In this document: positions 38,060-46,974 of the stretch, piece by piece
Position numbering within the stretch: the stretch's first letter is position 1
Layout: each line of letters begins with the position of its first letter
Assembly (NCBI GenBank): GCA_963787665.1
Contig: CAWBDZ010000011.1
Span: forward strand, 910,774 to 974,773
Reading direction: 5' to 3'
Origin: an uncultured Actinomycetota bacterium
Lineage (GTDB): Bacteria; Actinomycetota; Actinomycetes; Streptosporangiales; Streptosporangiaceae
DNA length: 64,000 nucleotides
Program-made: the position numbers and the translations under genes
Notes under the pieces: generated by a model
What the model was told of the DNA's origin: nothing
The model's input: only the letters and a program-made list of their open reading frames with translations
Database searches by the model: none

Positions 38060-39322
38060 ATGGCCACCGATGTCCAGCCGCAGAATGCCCGGATCTGGCT
38101 GACCTTCCGCGAGTCGTCGTCAGCGACCAAGACCATCCTGGCCGGAGTTTTCGTGAACCGGCTGGGCGGCTTCCTGACCGTGTTCCTGGTGCTCTACATG
38201 GTGGCCAAGGGGTACTCCGTCGAGCAGGCGACGGCTGGCCTCGGCGTATACGGCGCTGGCGCAGTGGTCGGCCTGCTGATCGGCTCGATGCTCGCGGACC
38301 GGCTTGGCGCGCGGGTCGCAACCGTGATCAGCATGGGCGGCCTCGGAGTGCTGACAACCGGACTGCTGTACCTGCCCAGCTATTACCTGCTGCTGGCTGC
38401 CCTGCTCCTGAACGGCCTCGTCGGCCGCATCTACCGCCCGGCCTCGGCGACGCTGCTCTCCGACCTGACGCCGCCGGATCGCCAGGTGATGATCTTCGCC
38501 ATGTACAGGTTCGCGTTAAATGTCGGTGCCACCGCAGCGCCGCTGATCGGCTTCGCGCTGTACAGCCTCGGTCATCACGAGTTCACGCTGCTGTTCTGGG
38601 CCGACGGGATGACTTCGGCGGCTTATGCGGTGCTGGCTGCGGTCGCGCTGCCGCGCCACGAGCGCCGCGCGGCGGACGAGAAGAAGGGGCAGGTCAAGGC
38701 CAGCCGTTTCCTGATACCGAGGGACGCGCGCTACGGGCTGTACCTGATCGGAACGCTTCTCAGTGTTGCGGTCTACGTGCAGTACCAGTCGACGTTGCCG
38801 CTCGACGTGCGCGCCGCCGGAGTGGCGCTCTTCTGGTACACCCTCGTGGTCGCGATCAACGGAGGCATCGTGATCGCTCTCGAGCTGCTGGTGACCAAGA
38901 CGTCGCAAAAGTGGCCAATCCGGCTGACGATCGCGAGCTCGCTGCTCTTGATCGGGGCCGGCGTGGCTGTCTACGGCCTCCCGCTCGGCCCGGCGATTCT
39001 TATCATCGGCACCCTGATCTGGAGCCTCGGCGAGATCCTCGGCGGCCCGGCGACCTTCGCGTACGCGGCGATGGCGGGCACGGCGCAGCAGAAGAGCCGT
39101 TATATCGGCAGTTTCCAGTTCATGTTCGGCGCCGGGACGGCGCTTGGCCCGGTGGCCGGAGGTGTGCTGTTCACGCATCTGGGTCACCGAGTATGGCCAC
39201 TGATCGCGATCGCCGAAATGGTGGCACTGGCCCTCATGGCGACGGGTATCCGCAGTCCCCGGCCAGTGGCGTCGCCGGAAGCAGGCGGCGCGCTGACATC
39301 AACCGGGCCGACCCAGGCATAG
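38060..39322 (+). CDS. MFS transporter (candidate exporter of adjacent cluster)
   Basis: 420 aa, about 12 hydrophobic helices, MFS loop motif LADRLGAR. Confidence 0.8.
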   Translation: MATDVQPQNARIWLTFRESSSATKTILAGVFVNRLGGFLTVFLVLYMVAKGYSVEQATAGLGVYGAGAVVGLLIGSMLADRLGARVATVISMGGLGVLTTGLLYLPSYYLLLAALLLNGLVGRIYRPASATLLSDLTPPDRQVMIFAMYRFALNVGATAAPLIGFALYSLGHHEFTLLFWADGMTSAAYAVLAAVALPRHERRAADEKKGQVKASRFLIPRDARYGLYLIGTLLSVAVYVQYQSTLPLDVRAAGVALFWYTLVVAINGGIVIALELLVTKTSQKWPIRLTIASSLLLIGAGVAVYGLPLGPAILIIGTLIWSLGEILGGPATFAYAAMAGTAQQKSRYIGSFQFMFGAGTALGPVAGGVLFTHLGHRVWPLIAIAEMVALALMATGIRSPRPVASPEAGGALTSTGPTQA

Positions 39323-39338
39323 CTCAGCCAGCCGCTGG

Positions 39339-40395
39339 TCACCAGCCAGCTATTTCCAGAGCCCCGCGCTGGCTGGCGGCCAGTACCGTCTTGGCCGAAC
39401 TGCCAGAGCCGCCGGTGAAGGTCAGCAGCGACCTGCCCGCGCCTGGTACCGAACGCAGCGACAGGATCGGCGGGTCGCAGAAGCAATCGACAGCACTCGT
39501 CCGGGCTCGCACAGCCCCGAGGCGCAGCCGCGGGAAGCATTCGGCGGCCAGCTGGCCCGCCCGCACGTGCACGGCGGGCATAATGGCCGCGCAGCCAGCG
39601 GCCGCACCCCACTCCCTGACCGGCACGCCGAGGGTGATGCCACCGCCCGGCAGCGGCTTGCCGTAGAGCCCGGTTCGCCCGTCGGTGAAGGCAGGAGGCC
39701 GCCACGGGCCGGCGTCGTAGCTGCTGAACTGAATGGACCTGGTCCGGTAGGCCGGAGCCGGGTAGCCGATGCGGTGCAGCAGGTCGTGGTGTCCATGCGC
39801 CGGCGGCCAGTACCAGCACGTCGTGCTCGCCGTCGATATCTTCGGCCCGCCAGCGCACTCCGCCTTCAGCGCGGACGGTAGCCTCGGTCAGGCCGGCCAG
39901 CTTGACGCGAGTGCGCGGCCGGTCGACGAGGTCAGCGATGAGCGCGTCCCTGAGCCCACCGGGCGACACCGATCCGGCCTGCCGCTCGACAACTGCCGCG
40001 CCGTCGCCGCCGGCCCAGCACTGGCCGTCCGCCGTGCTGCCGAAGGCCTCGGCCGCCGACAGCACAGTTGCGGATCCCGGCAGGGCCCGCTCGATCTCGC
40101 CAACCTGATCCGTCAGGTCGGCGGCGTCGTCCCGCACATACGCGAAGCTGGCTTGCCGGAAGCCTGCCCAGCGCCGCAGCACCTGGCTGGCGAGCAGCTC
40201 GGCCATGCTCGCGATGGCCAGTTCCCGCTGCGCCGCGAGGGTCTCGTACGCCCGCACGGCACCACCAGAGGCGGAGGTTGCGTCCCTTGCGCGGTGCCGC
40301 CCGGTGACCAGATCGACGGTGATGCCAGCGAGCTGCGCCAGCCGCCACGCCAGGGCCGCGCCAGCCAGCCCGCCGCCGGCGACGCATACTCGCAT
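39339..40395 (-). pseudogene. FAD-dependent (DAO/glycine-oxidase-type) oxidoreductase with apparent frameshift near 39783-39808
   Basis: N-terminus MRVCVAGGGLAGAALAWRL (GxGxxG) ...HDVLVLAAGAWT. The neighbouring frame then continues HHDLLHRIGYPAPAYRTRSIQFSSYDAGPWRPPAFTDGRTGLYGKPLPGGGITLGVPVREWG...DCFCDPPILSLRSVPGAGRSLLTFTGGSGSSAKTVLAAS to the stop at 39339-39341. The remainder of the 403-aa track ORF is Arg-rich nonsense. Confidence 0.75.
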
Positions 40396-41852
40396 CAGGC
40401 GCCGGCCGGGTGGCCCGGGGGAGCGCCAGCAGACCCCGGTTCGGCCTCGTGGAAGCAGCAGCTGGCTGCCGCGCCACTGGTCATATTGAGTACGCCGGCG
40501 TCCAGGTCTGGCGTCCCGCGCAGCCGCATCCCGCCGTATCCGCTGGCAGCGAGGTAGGCGCCCCAGATCAGCAGCAATGGCTGCGGACCGTCGTCCGCGG
40601 GAAACAGCTCAGGAACCGGCCGGACACGCTGTTGCAAAACGAACGAGCCGGTCATCGCCGCGGCCAGCTGGCTGTCCCAGTCATCTGGGTCGGTGAGCCA
40701 GCCGGGCACCACCCCGATCCCGCCATGCAAGGCTGTGGGTTTGAGTACTAGTTCGGAACGGTTAGCGCAGGCGTATTCGGTCAGCTCGACTTGCTCGCTG
40801 TTGACGCTCACCGGTCCGGGACGCATCATTCGGGTCCAGGGCAGCAACCGGTCCAGGCTTGCCAGTTCGGCAGCGCTGCACAGATGACGGTTGGCCTCGT
40901 CCGATAGCAATGCCAGCGCCCCTTTGGATGCATAGAGCTGGGAGTCCATTGGCGTGAAGATCTGCACTTCGCCGCGTTCGGCAGCACGCAGTACTGGGTC
41001 GATGAGCGCGGGCCCGTCCGGGTCAAGCAGGTCCTCGATGAGGAAGATGCGGTAAATCACGTCGATCGGCCGCCGGCCCAGCCAGACCCGGCGATCGTGC
41101 ACTGCCAGTTCGCCCAGGTGGCACGGAACCAAGTCGATGCCGTAGCCGGCATACACCCGGGCGCTGGTGCGCAGGACGGCCTTCCAGGTGTCGATCGTGC
41201 CGGGCCAATCGACGGCGGCGATCAGCCTTCCGTCACCTGCGCTGCCGCCGGTTTCGGCGAAGATCGTCCCGGCGGTCTCCGCGAGAGTGTCTGTGTAGGT
41301 GAGGCCGTGCGCCGCAACGAACTCCGCGATCACGGGATGCGCGAGGCATGCCCGGTTGAGCATGACGTTGTCGCCGCCGCCAACCGAGCTGCCAATGTTG
41401 ACCTCCATCAGCTTGAAGCCGGTGTCGTCAAGGTAAAGGTCGCCGCGCGCCATCTTGGTCGGCGTTGCACTTTGGGTGCGCATGATGGCAGTGACCTGCA
41501 CGTCGGTCATTCCGACCGCCCTGGCGAAGGCGGCGACGTCGCCGCCGAACAGGCGCTCGGGCAGTGCCGTCAGCGCGGCGTGCAGGTTCTGCAAGTCCGC
41601 CGTTAGCCGCGTCTTCTCGGCGTAGCCGAGGAAGGACGGCCGGCTCAGGCAGCGGTCGAAGAAGGTGGTCGCGGCGAGGTCCGTTGTGCTGCGGGCTACC
41701 TCCAGCAGCTCGCCAGCCCGCATTCCTCGCCTCGCCACCTCCTTGAGATACAGCTCCACCAGCTCGTCATGGATCATGTAGTGCTGCCCTTCGCGGGAGT
41801 GTGCCTTGCGGCGCGGCAGGCCGGCAACGGCCCCGGCCGGCGTGCGGGTCAT
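40395..41852 (-). CDS. ATP-grasp-fold ligase-like protein (glutathionylspermidine-synthase / circularly permuted ATP-grasp-like), function unknown
   Basis: About 485 aa. ARGDLYLDDTGFKLMEVNIGSSVGG and SELVLKPTALHGGIGVVPG resemble pre-ATP-grasp/ATP-grasp segments. Start either ATG 41850-41852 (ATGA overlap with the upstream gene) or ATG at about 41777 (MIHDELVELYL). Its stop shares 1 nt with the start of the flavoprotein gene. Confidence 0.5.
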   Translation of the reverse strand: MTRTPAGAVAGLPRRKAHSREGQHYMIHDELVELYLKEVARRGMRAGELLEVARSTTDLAATTFFDRCLSRPSFLGYAEKTRLTADLQNLHAALTALPERLFGGDVAAFARAVGMTDVQVTAIMRTQSATPTKMARGDLYLDDTGFKLMEVNIGSSVGGGDNVMLNRACLAHPVIAEFVAAHGLTYTDTLAETAGTIFAETGGSAGDGRLIAAVDWPGTIDTWKAVLRTSARVYAGYGIDLVPCHLGELAVHDRRVWLGRRPIDVIYRIFLIEDLLDPDGPALIDPVLRAAERGEVQIFTPMDSQLYASKGALALLSDEANRHLCSAAELASLDRLLPWTRMMRPGPVSVNSEQVELTEYACANRSELVLKPTALHGGIGVVPGWLTDPDDWDSQLAAAMTGSFVLQQRVRPVPELFPADDGPQPLLLIWGAYLAASGYGGMRLRGTPDLDAGVLNMTSGAAASCCFHEAEPGSAGAPPGHPAGA

Positions 41853-43177
41853 GTCGCGGCAGCTGCTGCCGCGGTTGGCGCGGCGGCTCCGGGCCCGGAA
41901 TGCTGCCATGGCATGGCGGTCTTCGTGAGCGGCTGCCCAGCGAGCTTGACGTCGATCCGCTCGGCGAATTCCTCCAGCGTCCGCTTCACGGCGCTGAAAG
42001 ACGGGCCGATCACGATGAGAAAGCCGAGGATGTTGTTGCCATGCGGCGGCCGCAGGATGACGTCGCCAGGACTGGCGGTGATCTTCGCCATCAGGGTCAG
42101 TTCAGATTCGCTGACCTCAGGAGGCACCGAGACGAACTCCAATTCACCCTCGTCGCAGATCAGGCAGGTGCCCATCATGTGCACGCCCGTCGGCCGGTAG
42201 TGGCTGACCCTGGGCCGGACGCCGCGTGCCACATCCATGACGGCTCGGATGGGACAGTAGTCGGCAGTGGCGCGAGCGACCAGGTCAAGCCCGCCGCCAC
42301 CCGGCCGGATCGCGATCTCCAGCAGATGCGGCTCACCGTGGTGGTACCGGATCTCGGCATGCAGGACGCTTCGCCTGATGCCTTGCGCGTGCGCCGCGGC
42401 CTTGACGATCGCGTGAATCTTTGCCAGCTCACCGGCACTCAGCGAGGTGGGCGCCTGGTGCACGTCGTCGTCGAAAGTCTCGCCCTCGAGTGTGACGCGG
42501 TCTACGGCCGAGCCCAGATAGACCTCGTCGTCCCAGGCCAGCGCTTCGAACAGGTACTCCGAACCAGCCAGGAACGACTCGATCATCAGGCCGCCCGGCC
42601 CGATGTCGATGCCCTCGGCCTCGGCAAGCAGGGTGGGCATGTGCTGGATACCCTCGATCGCGTCCTGGTACCTGACAGCGAGCATGGCCTCGTCGTCCAC
42701 CCGGAAGACAAAACTGCTGGCTGCGCCGAGAGTCGGCTTCAGGACCACCGGGTAGCCGAACTCTCGCGCCGTCGCCGCCGCCTCGGCGAGGCTGGTGACA
42801 TGGCGGAATCGCGGATGGGCAGCGCCCGCCCGCTCGTGCGCCTGGCGCATGAGCAGCTTGTTGCGGCTTCGTTGGGCAGCTTCCAGCCCGACACCTGGCA
42901 ACCTCAGCGCGTCCGCAACCACCGCGACGGCGGCGACCGCGGCTTCGGCGAACGTGAAGACACCGTCGAAATGCTCTTCAGCGTGCCAAGCCCTGGCGGC
43001 CGCGACGATGTCGTCGATCCGCTGGGATCCGACGATCCTGTACCTCTCCGCCGGCCAGTAGTCCGCCTCGCCAAGGCCATTGAGCACGAACAGGTCGGCG
43101 CCAAAGTCCCTGACCTGTTCGTAGCGAGACAGATGCACGTGGCCGCGCTGGCGGGCCTCGATGGCAAGTAACTTCAT
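41849..43177 (-). CDS. ATP-grasp domain protein (L-amino-acid-ligase-like)
   Basis: RNKLLMRQAHERAG, FGYPVVLKPTLGAASSFVFRV, LMIESFLAGSEY, LLEIAIRPGGGG. ATG 43175-43177 is preceded by GGAGGGA. Confidence 0.8.
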   Translation of the reverse strand: MKLLAIEARQRGHVHLSRYEQVRDFGADLFVLNGLGEADYWPAERYRIVGSQRIDDIVAAARAWHAEEHFDGVFTFAEAAVAAVAVVADALRLPGVGLEAAQRSRNKLLMRQAHERAGAAHPRFRHVTSLAEAAATAREFGYPVVLKPTLGAASSFVFRVDDEAMLAVRYQDAIEGIQHMPTLLAEAEGIDIGPGGLMIESFLAGSEYLFEALAWDDEVYLGSAVDRVTLEGETFDDDVHQAPTSLSAGELAKIHAIVKAAAHAQGIRRSVLHAEIRYHHGEPHLLEIAIRPGGGGLDLVARATADYCPIRAVMDVARGVRPRVSHYRPTGVHMMGTCLICDEGELEFVSVPPEVSESELTLMAKITASPGDVILRPPHGNNILGFLIVIGPSFSAVKRTLEEFAERIDVKLAGQPLTKTAMPWQHSGPGAAAPTAAAAAAT

Positions 43178-43270
43178 GACTCCCTCCGCTCCGGACTGAG
43201 GCTCGGGCTCCGCTGGCATGAGCCACGCACTTGCGCGTTTGCGGCAAGCGGCGACGGCACGGCCGCCAGG

Positions 43271-43660
43271 TCAGGACGTGGCGGTGCCGTCAGCGATCGC
43301 CGACTTGTCATGACGGGTGCCGAACTGACTGGCCAGGTCGGCATCCCACCACACGCTGAAGAACTGGAAGTCGTCTGTGCCGGCGTTGATGAGCTGATGA
43401 TTGCGACCCGGCGGGAAGTGCACGAGGTCACCAGGCAGGAACGGGGCGCGCTCGCCTTCTGATTCCAGCTCGCCCTCGCCCGACACGGCAAGGAAGATCT
43501 CGTACTCGTGGTGCGCGTGCGGGTCGGTCGCGCCGCCGGGCTCGATGACGCAGAACGCTCCCTCGAACGGCGCATTGAGCGCGGCCCACGGCATCAGCCG
43601 CTGGACCTGCACGCCGTATTCGGACGGCATATTCGCGCGGTCAAGCCGGTGAATTTCCAT
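43271..43660 (-). CDS. stand-alone cupin-domain protein
   Basis: 129 aa. Both cupin motifs are intact: GGATDPHAHHEYEIFLAVSG (G-x5-HxH-x3-E-x6-G) and GDLVHFPPGRNHQLIN (G-x5-PxG-x2-H-x3-N). Confidence 0.85.
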   Translation of the reverse strand: MEIHRLDRANMPSEYGVQVQRLMPWAALNAPFEGAFCVIEPGGATDPHAHHEYEIFLAVSGEGELESEGERAPFLPGDLVHFPPGRNHQLINAGTDDFQFFSVWWDADLASQFGTRHDKSAIADGTATS

Positions 43661-43675
43661 GACATGCTCCGATGG

Positions 43676-45073
43676 CTAGGCGGTGGCGGCCGTCGCGGCC
43701 GCCGGGGCACTGGTTAAGTTCGGGCTGGCCGACTGCGGCATGGCTATCGCCGGGTCGGCCGAGGCGTGGCCGTCGCTGGCGGCGTTGCCGTTGGCGCGGT
43801 CGAGCGCGGTTTCGGCTGCCCGACGTGCGAGGATGTCATCGACTATCTCGCCCGCCCGGACGGCGAGCACGCTTATCAGCGAGTCGGCGATGCCATGCGT
43901 ATCCTCATTGACTCCCTGCAGATAGCAGCCCGCGCGCACCGATGGCGGTGTGATCATCCGGTATGCGCGGCTGACTTCGATCTCCTCGACACCGCACGCA
44001 CTGGCCGCACAGAGAGCGAGTGGCGGCATCCGTGATTCGAAGCCAGTGCCCAGCATGACCAGGTCGCACTGGTGTTCCCGGTCGGTGCCAGTCATCTGGT
44101 CACGGAGGCTGAGTACGACTTCGCCGTGCCGCATGACGGCGTCGGTTACGTCGGCCATGGTGATCATGGACAAGCGTTGCTGGCCGGTAAGCTTCTCCAG
44201 GTACATCTGCCGGAACAACGTGTCGAGCATCTCCGGGGTAACGCCCGCATAGTTGGTCTTGCGCATGGCGTGCAGTACCTGCTTCCGGACGTCAGCAGGT
44301 GCCGCGAAGAATTTATCCGTATAAGACGGGAAATAAAGCTCGTTAGTGAACTTGCTGGTCTGGTAGTAATCCAGGCCTATGGTTCGCATGACCATCGCGC
44401 ACTGCGACTTTGGCATTCGCTGGTGCGTCTCCCAGAGCATCTCAGCGGCACTCTCCGCGGCGCCGACCACGACCACGCGCAACGCCGCTTCTGGGTCGAT
44501 GTCGGCCACCCGGGCCGAGTACTCCGTGCTGTGGATGACGCGCTCAGCCGGCAGCCGGCGGAACGTTTCCGGCACGTGCGCTTCGCGGCCGGCCCCGACC
44601 ACCAACGTCTTGGCACCGATCGTCGACCCGTCAGCCATGGTGACCAGCCAGCCAGTAATCGTGTCGGCGCCAGAATTGACCGCCTCAATCCGCGCGCACT
44701 TGCGGCCGTACTGGATGCTCACCTTCTCCAGCGACTGGGCAACCCAGCTCAGGTATGCCGATATCTCTAACCGGAACGGCAGGAAGCTGGCCATGTTCAC
44801 GAAATCGTGCAGGCGGCCTTCAGAGTGCAGGTAGTTCACGAACGAGAACCTGCTCAGCGGGTTGCGCATCGTCACGAGGTCCTTGATGAAGGAGACCTGA
44901 CTCTGCGTCCAGGGCAGTAGCATGCCGCGTTGCCAGGCGACGCCATCATGCTGCTCGATGATCAGGGTGTGCTTCGCGAGATCGGCAGGAGCCATTTCCT
45001 CGATTGCGACGGCAAATGCCAGATTAGAAGGCCCGGCACCGATCGCTAGGATCTCGACTTGCTGATGATTCAC
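43676..45073 (-). CDS. L-lysine N6- / L-ornithine N5-monooxygenase family flavoprotein (IucD/PvdA/SidA type)
   Basis: 465 aa. EILAIGAGPSNLAFAVAI (FAD), VVVVGAAESAAEM (NADPH), DLVMLGTGF. Lies 15 nt upstream of the cupin gene. Confidence 0.85.
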   Translation of the reverse strand: MNHQQVEILAIGAGPSNLAFAVAIEEMAPADLAKHTLIIEQHDGVAWQRGMLLPWTQSQVSFIKDLVTMRNPLSRFSFVNYLHSEGRLHDFVNMASFLPFRLEISAYLSWVAQSLEKVSIQYGRKCARIEAVNSGADTITGWLVTMADGSTIGAKTLVVGAGREAHVPETFRRLPAERVIHSTEYSARVADIDPEAALRVVVVGAAESAAEMLWETHQRMPKSQCAMVMRTIGLDYYQTSKFTNELYFPSYTDKFFAAPADVRKQVLHAMRKTNYAGVTPEMLDTLFRQMYLEKLTGQQRLSMITMADVTDAVMRHGEVVLSLRDQMTGTDREHQCDLVMLGTGFESRMPPLALCAASACGVEEIEVSRAYRMITPPSVRAGCYLQGVNEDTHGIADSLISVLAVRAGEIVDDILARRAAETALDRANGNAASDGHASADPAIAMPQSASPNLTSAPAAATAATA

Positions 45074-45200
45074 AGCAGTAACTGCCTCTCGCGTGATGGA
45101 TTCCAGTTGCTGGGTGAGTAACTGGCGGACGGGTTCCGGGCAAGTGGCAGCCGCCCGCCTGGGCGGCGCGCCACGGCTGGGTTCGGCGGCCCGGGCAGGT

Positions 45201-46514
45201 TCATGACGACCCGCCGAGGCCGGCCACTGGTTGGTCGGCCGCCCGGATGGTCAGGGCAGCGCTCGCCGCGTCGAGCGCGTGCAGGCAATCGGCGGTTGTC
45301 TGGGCGACGGCCGTTGCCATCGCGATCCGCCCGGACATCGTGCCTTTAGGGGGCGGTGACTTCACATCGCCTGGCTTGGCGAGCACGATCGTCAGGTCGG
45401 CGGCGGGCGGCAGGCCGGCGGTGCCGAACCCGATCTCGCCGATCGTGGTGTCGTCGCTGGCCACGTAGAAGAAGCGCACGGCGCCCACCAGCTGGCGGTC
45501 GGCCTTCAGTTCTGGCCGCTGACCGCATGCCACCGCGGCCGCGGCCAGTCCGGGATCGATGCCGGTTGCGCGCATGCCGAGGTACGGGATCAGGTCACCG
45601 CCCAGCCGGGCGTTCACCTCGATGAGCATCGGCCCGTCGGGCGTGAGCCTAAGCTCGGTATGAGTCATGCCGTCGGTAAAGCCCACCGCCGCATGTGCAT
45701 CTCGCAGCACCCGCAGCAGGTCAGCGTCGGCGAGCAGCGGATCACCGGCATCGACGATGTGGCCAACTTCCTCGAAGTAAGGCGGATAGCCGATCTGTTT
45801 GCGGGCCAGGAACATCGGCAGCACCTCGCCGTCGTAGACCGCGGCGTCCACGCTGACCTCCGGGCCGGTCACGTATCGCTCGATCAGGACGCCCGCGTCA
45901 TAGCGCCAGGACCCCGGTACAGCGTTGTCCCTGACGAACGGGAACCTTGCGGCAAGTTCCTCCGGCCCGTCCGCACGCACGACGCCGAGGCTGCCGCCCA
46001 TCGCCCTGGGCTTGAGCACTACCGGGTAGCCGATCTGATCAGCGGCTGCGAGTGCCGAATCTAGCTCGGCTACCAGGACTGACGTGGGCTGGGGTGCGCC
46101 GGCCGCAGACAGCGCACGCCGGGTCAGGTGCTTATCACGGCACCGCATTACCATGTCGGGGTCGCCGCCGGGCAGACCGAGCGCGGCAGCAACCTTTGCG
46201 CTTTGCAGAATGCGTGCCTCGTCCCAGCTCAGCACGCCGCTGACGGCCTGCGCGGCGGCGAGTCGCAGCGCTGCCGCGCACATCTCATCGGCGCCGATGG
46301 TGTCGGCCATGCCGTCCAGCACGGTCCAGCCATCGACGTAGCCGAGTTCCCAGCTCGGCTCCGCGCCGAGGAACAGGTGCACGCGGTACTGCGAACTGAT
46401 GGATCGCAGCAGGTACTCACGGTAGTTCCGGCCGCCAGTAGAGATCAGTAGCAGTAGCGGGCGGTTGTCGCTCGCTGCGGTGCGCAGACCCGCCGCCTGA
46501 CTCGCCTCGGTCAT
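45201..46514 (-). CDS. ATP-grasp domain protein (L-amino-acid-ligase-like)
   Basis: In-frame ATG 46512-46514 (MTEASQAAG...) overlaps (ATGA) the upstream stop. CRDKHLTRRALSAAG, IGYPVVLKPRAMGGSLGVVRA, VLIERYVTGPEVSVD, MLIEVNARLGGD. Confidence 0.8.
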   Translation of the reverse strand: MTEASQAAGLRTAASDNRPLLLLISTGGRNYREYLLRSISSQYRVHLFLGAEPSWELGYVDGWTVLDGMADTIGADEMCAAALRLAAAQAVSGVLSWDEARILQSAKVAAALGLPGGDPDMVMRCRDKHLTRRALSAAGAPQPTSVLVAELDSALAAADQIGYPVVLKPRAMGGSLGVVRADGPEELAARFPFVRDNAVPGSWRYDAGVLIERYVTGPEVSVDAAVYDGEVLPMFLARKQIGYPPYFEEVGHIVDAGDPLLADADLLRVLRDAHAAVGFTDGMTHTELRLTPDGPMLIEVNARLGGDLIPYLGMRATGIDPGLAAAAVACGQRPELKADRQLVGAVRFFYVASDDTTIGEIGFGTAGLPPAADLTIVLAKPGDVKSPPPKGTMSGRIAMATAVAQTTADCLHALDAASAALTIRAADQPVAGLGGSS

Positions 46515-46855
46515 TGCGCGATCTCCTCGATCCGCGACACGCCAGTGTCCCCATCCAGCCGCTGCCAGTGCTCGACCAGCACGATCCGGCCATCCGGCAG
46601 CATCTCTGGCGTACTCACGCAGCCGCCGGCAATCGTCGTACCGTTGGCCGTCACCATGCAGTAGGCGGCGTCGATGACGCCATCGGGCCTGCAGGTACCG
46701 ACCAGCCGGCCAGCCCGGACCGCCGAGCCGGAGAAGTCCGCCCACACCAGGTCGCCTGCCTGGTGGTACTGACCTACCGATGTCCAGGTCCCGTCCGGGC
46801 CGGGCTGGTCGCCCGCTGGCCGGAACCAGCGTCCGCCATAGCTGATCGGTGACAT
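46511..46855 (-). CDS. small conserved beta-barrel (lipocalin-like) protein; from memory, this family is often annotated as 'N-acetylglutamate synthase'
   Basis: MSPISYGGRWFRPAGDQ...VGQYHQAGDLVWADFSGSAVRAGRLVGTCRPDGVIDAAYCMVTANGTTIAGGCVSTPEMLPDGRIVLVEHWQRLDGD. Pattern recalled from about 110-aa bacterial proteins. Start chosen at ATG 46855 because upstream codons have atypical low GC3. Confidence 0.45.
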   Translation of the reverse strand: MSPISYGGRWFRPAGDQPGPDGTWTSVGQYHQAGDLVWADFSGSAVRAGRLVGTCRPDGVIDAAYCMVTANGTTIAGGCVSTPEMLPDGRIVLVEHWQRLDGDTGVSRIEEIAQ

Positions 46856-46974
46856 GGCTACATCGCCGATTGAACCTGTCATGGCCTGCTCTGGTGCGCT
46901 GGCGTCGGCCTGCAGATCATCGTTGACCTTTCCTTCGTCCGCGTTAGTACCTGGCAACTCACCGAAAACGTCCG

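Noticed and set aside
37972-39666. 564-aa plus-strand ORF overlapping the MFS transporter and the flavoprotein gene
   Set aside because: The translation is Arg/Pro/Gly-rich nonsense typical of an off-frame read through GC-rich coding DNA. The overlapping frame 38060-39322 gives a clean 12-helix MFS protein.
41801-43171. 456-aa plus-strand ORF mirroring the ATP-grasp gene; similar long antisense ORFs at 23149-24417, 49637-50644, 50470-51423, 17859-18734 and 3847-4806
   Set aside because: High-GC genomes generate long stop-free antisense frames. These translations are Arg/Pro-rich with no motifs, while the opposite-strand frames have clear family signatures.
45070-45288. 72-aa minus-strand ORF in the gap between the ATP-grasp and the monooxygenase
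   Set aside because: It overlaps the 3' end of the ATP-grasp gene and has an Arg/Pro-rich translation. The 127-nt gap more likely holds an intra-operon hairpin (GCCGCCC-gcct-GGGCGGC, 45150-45167), which I consider too weak to annotate.
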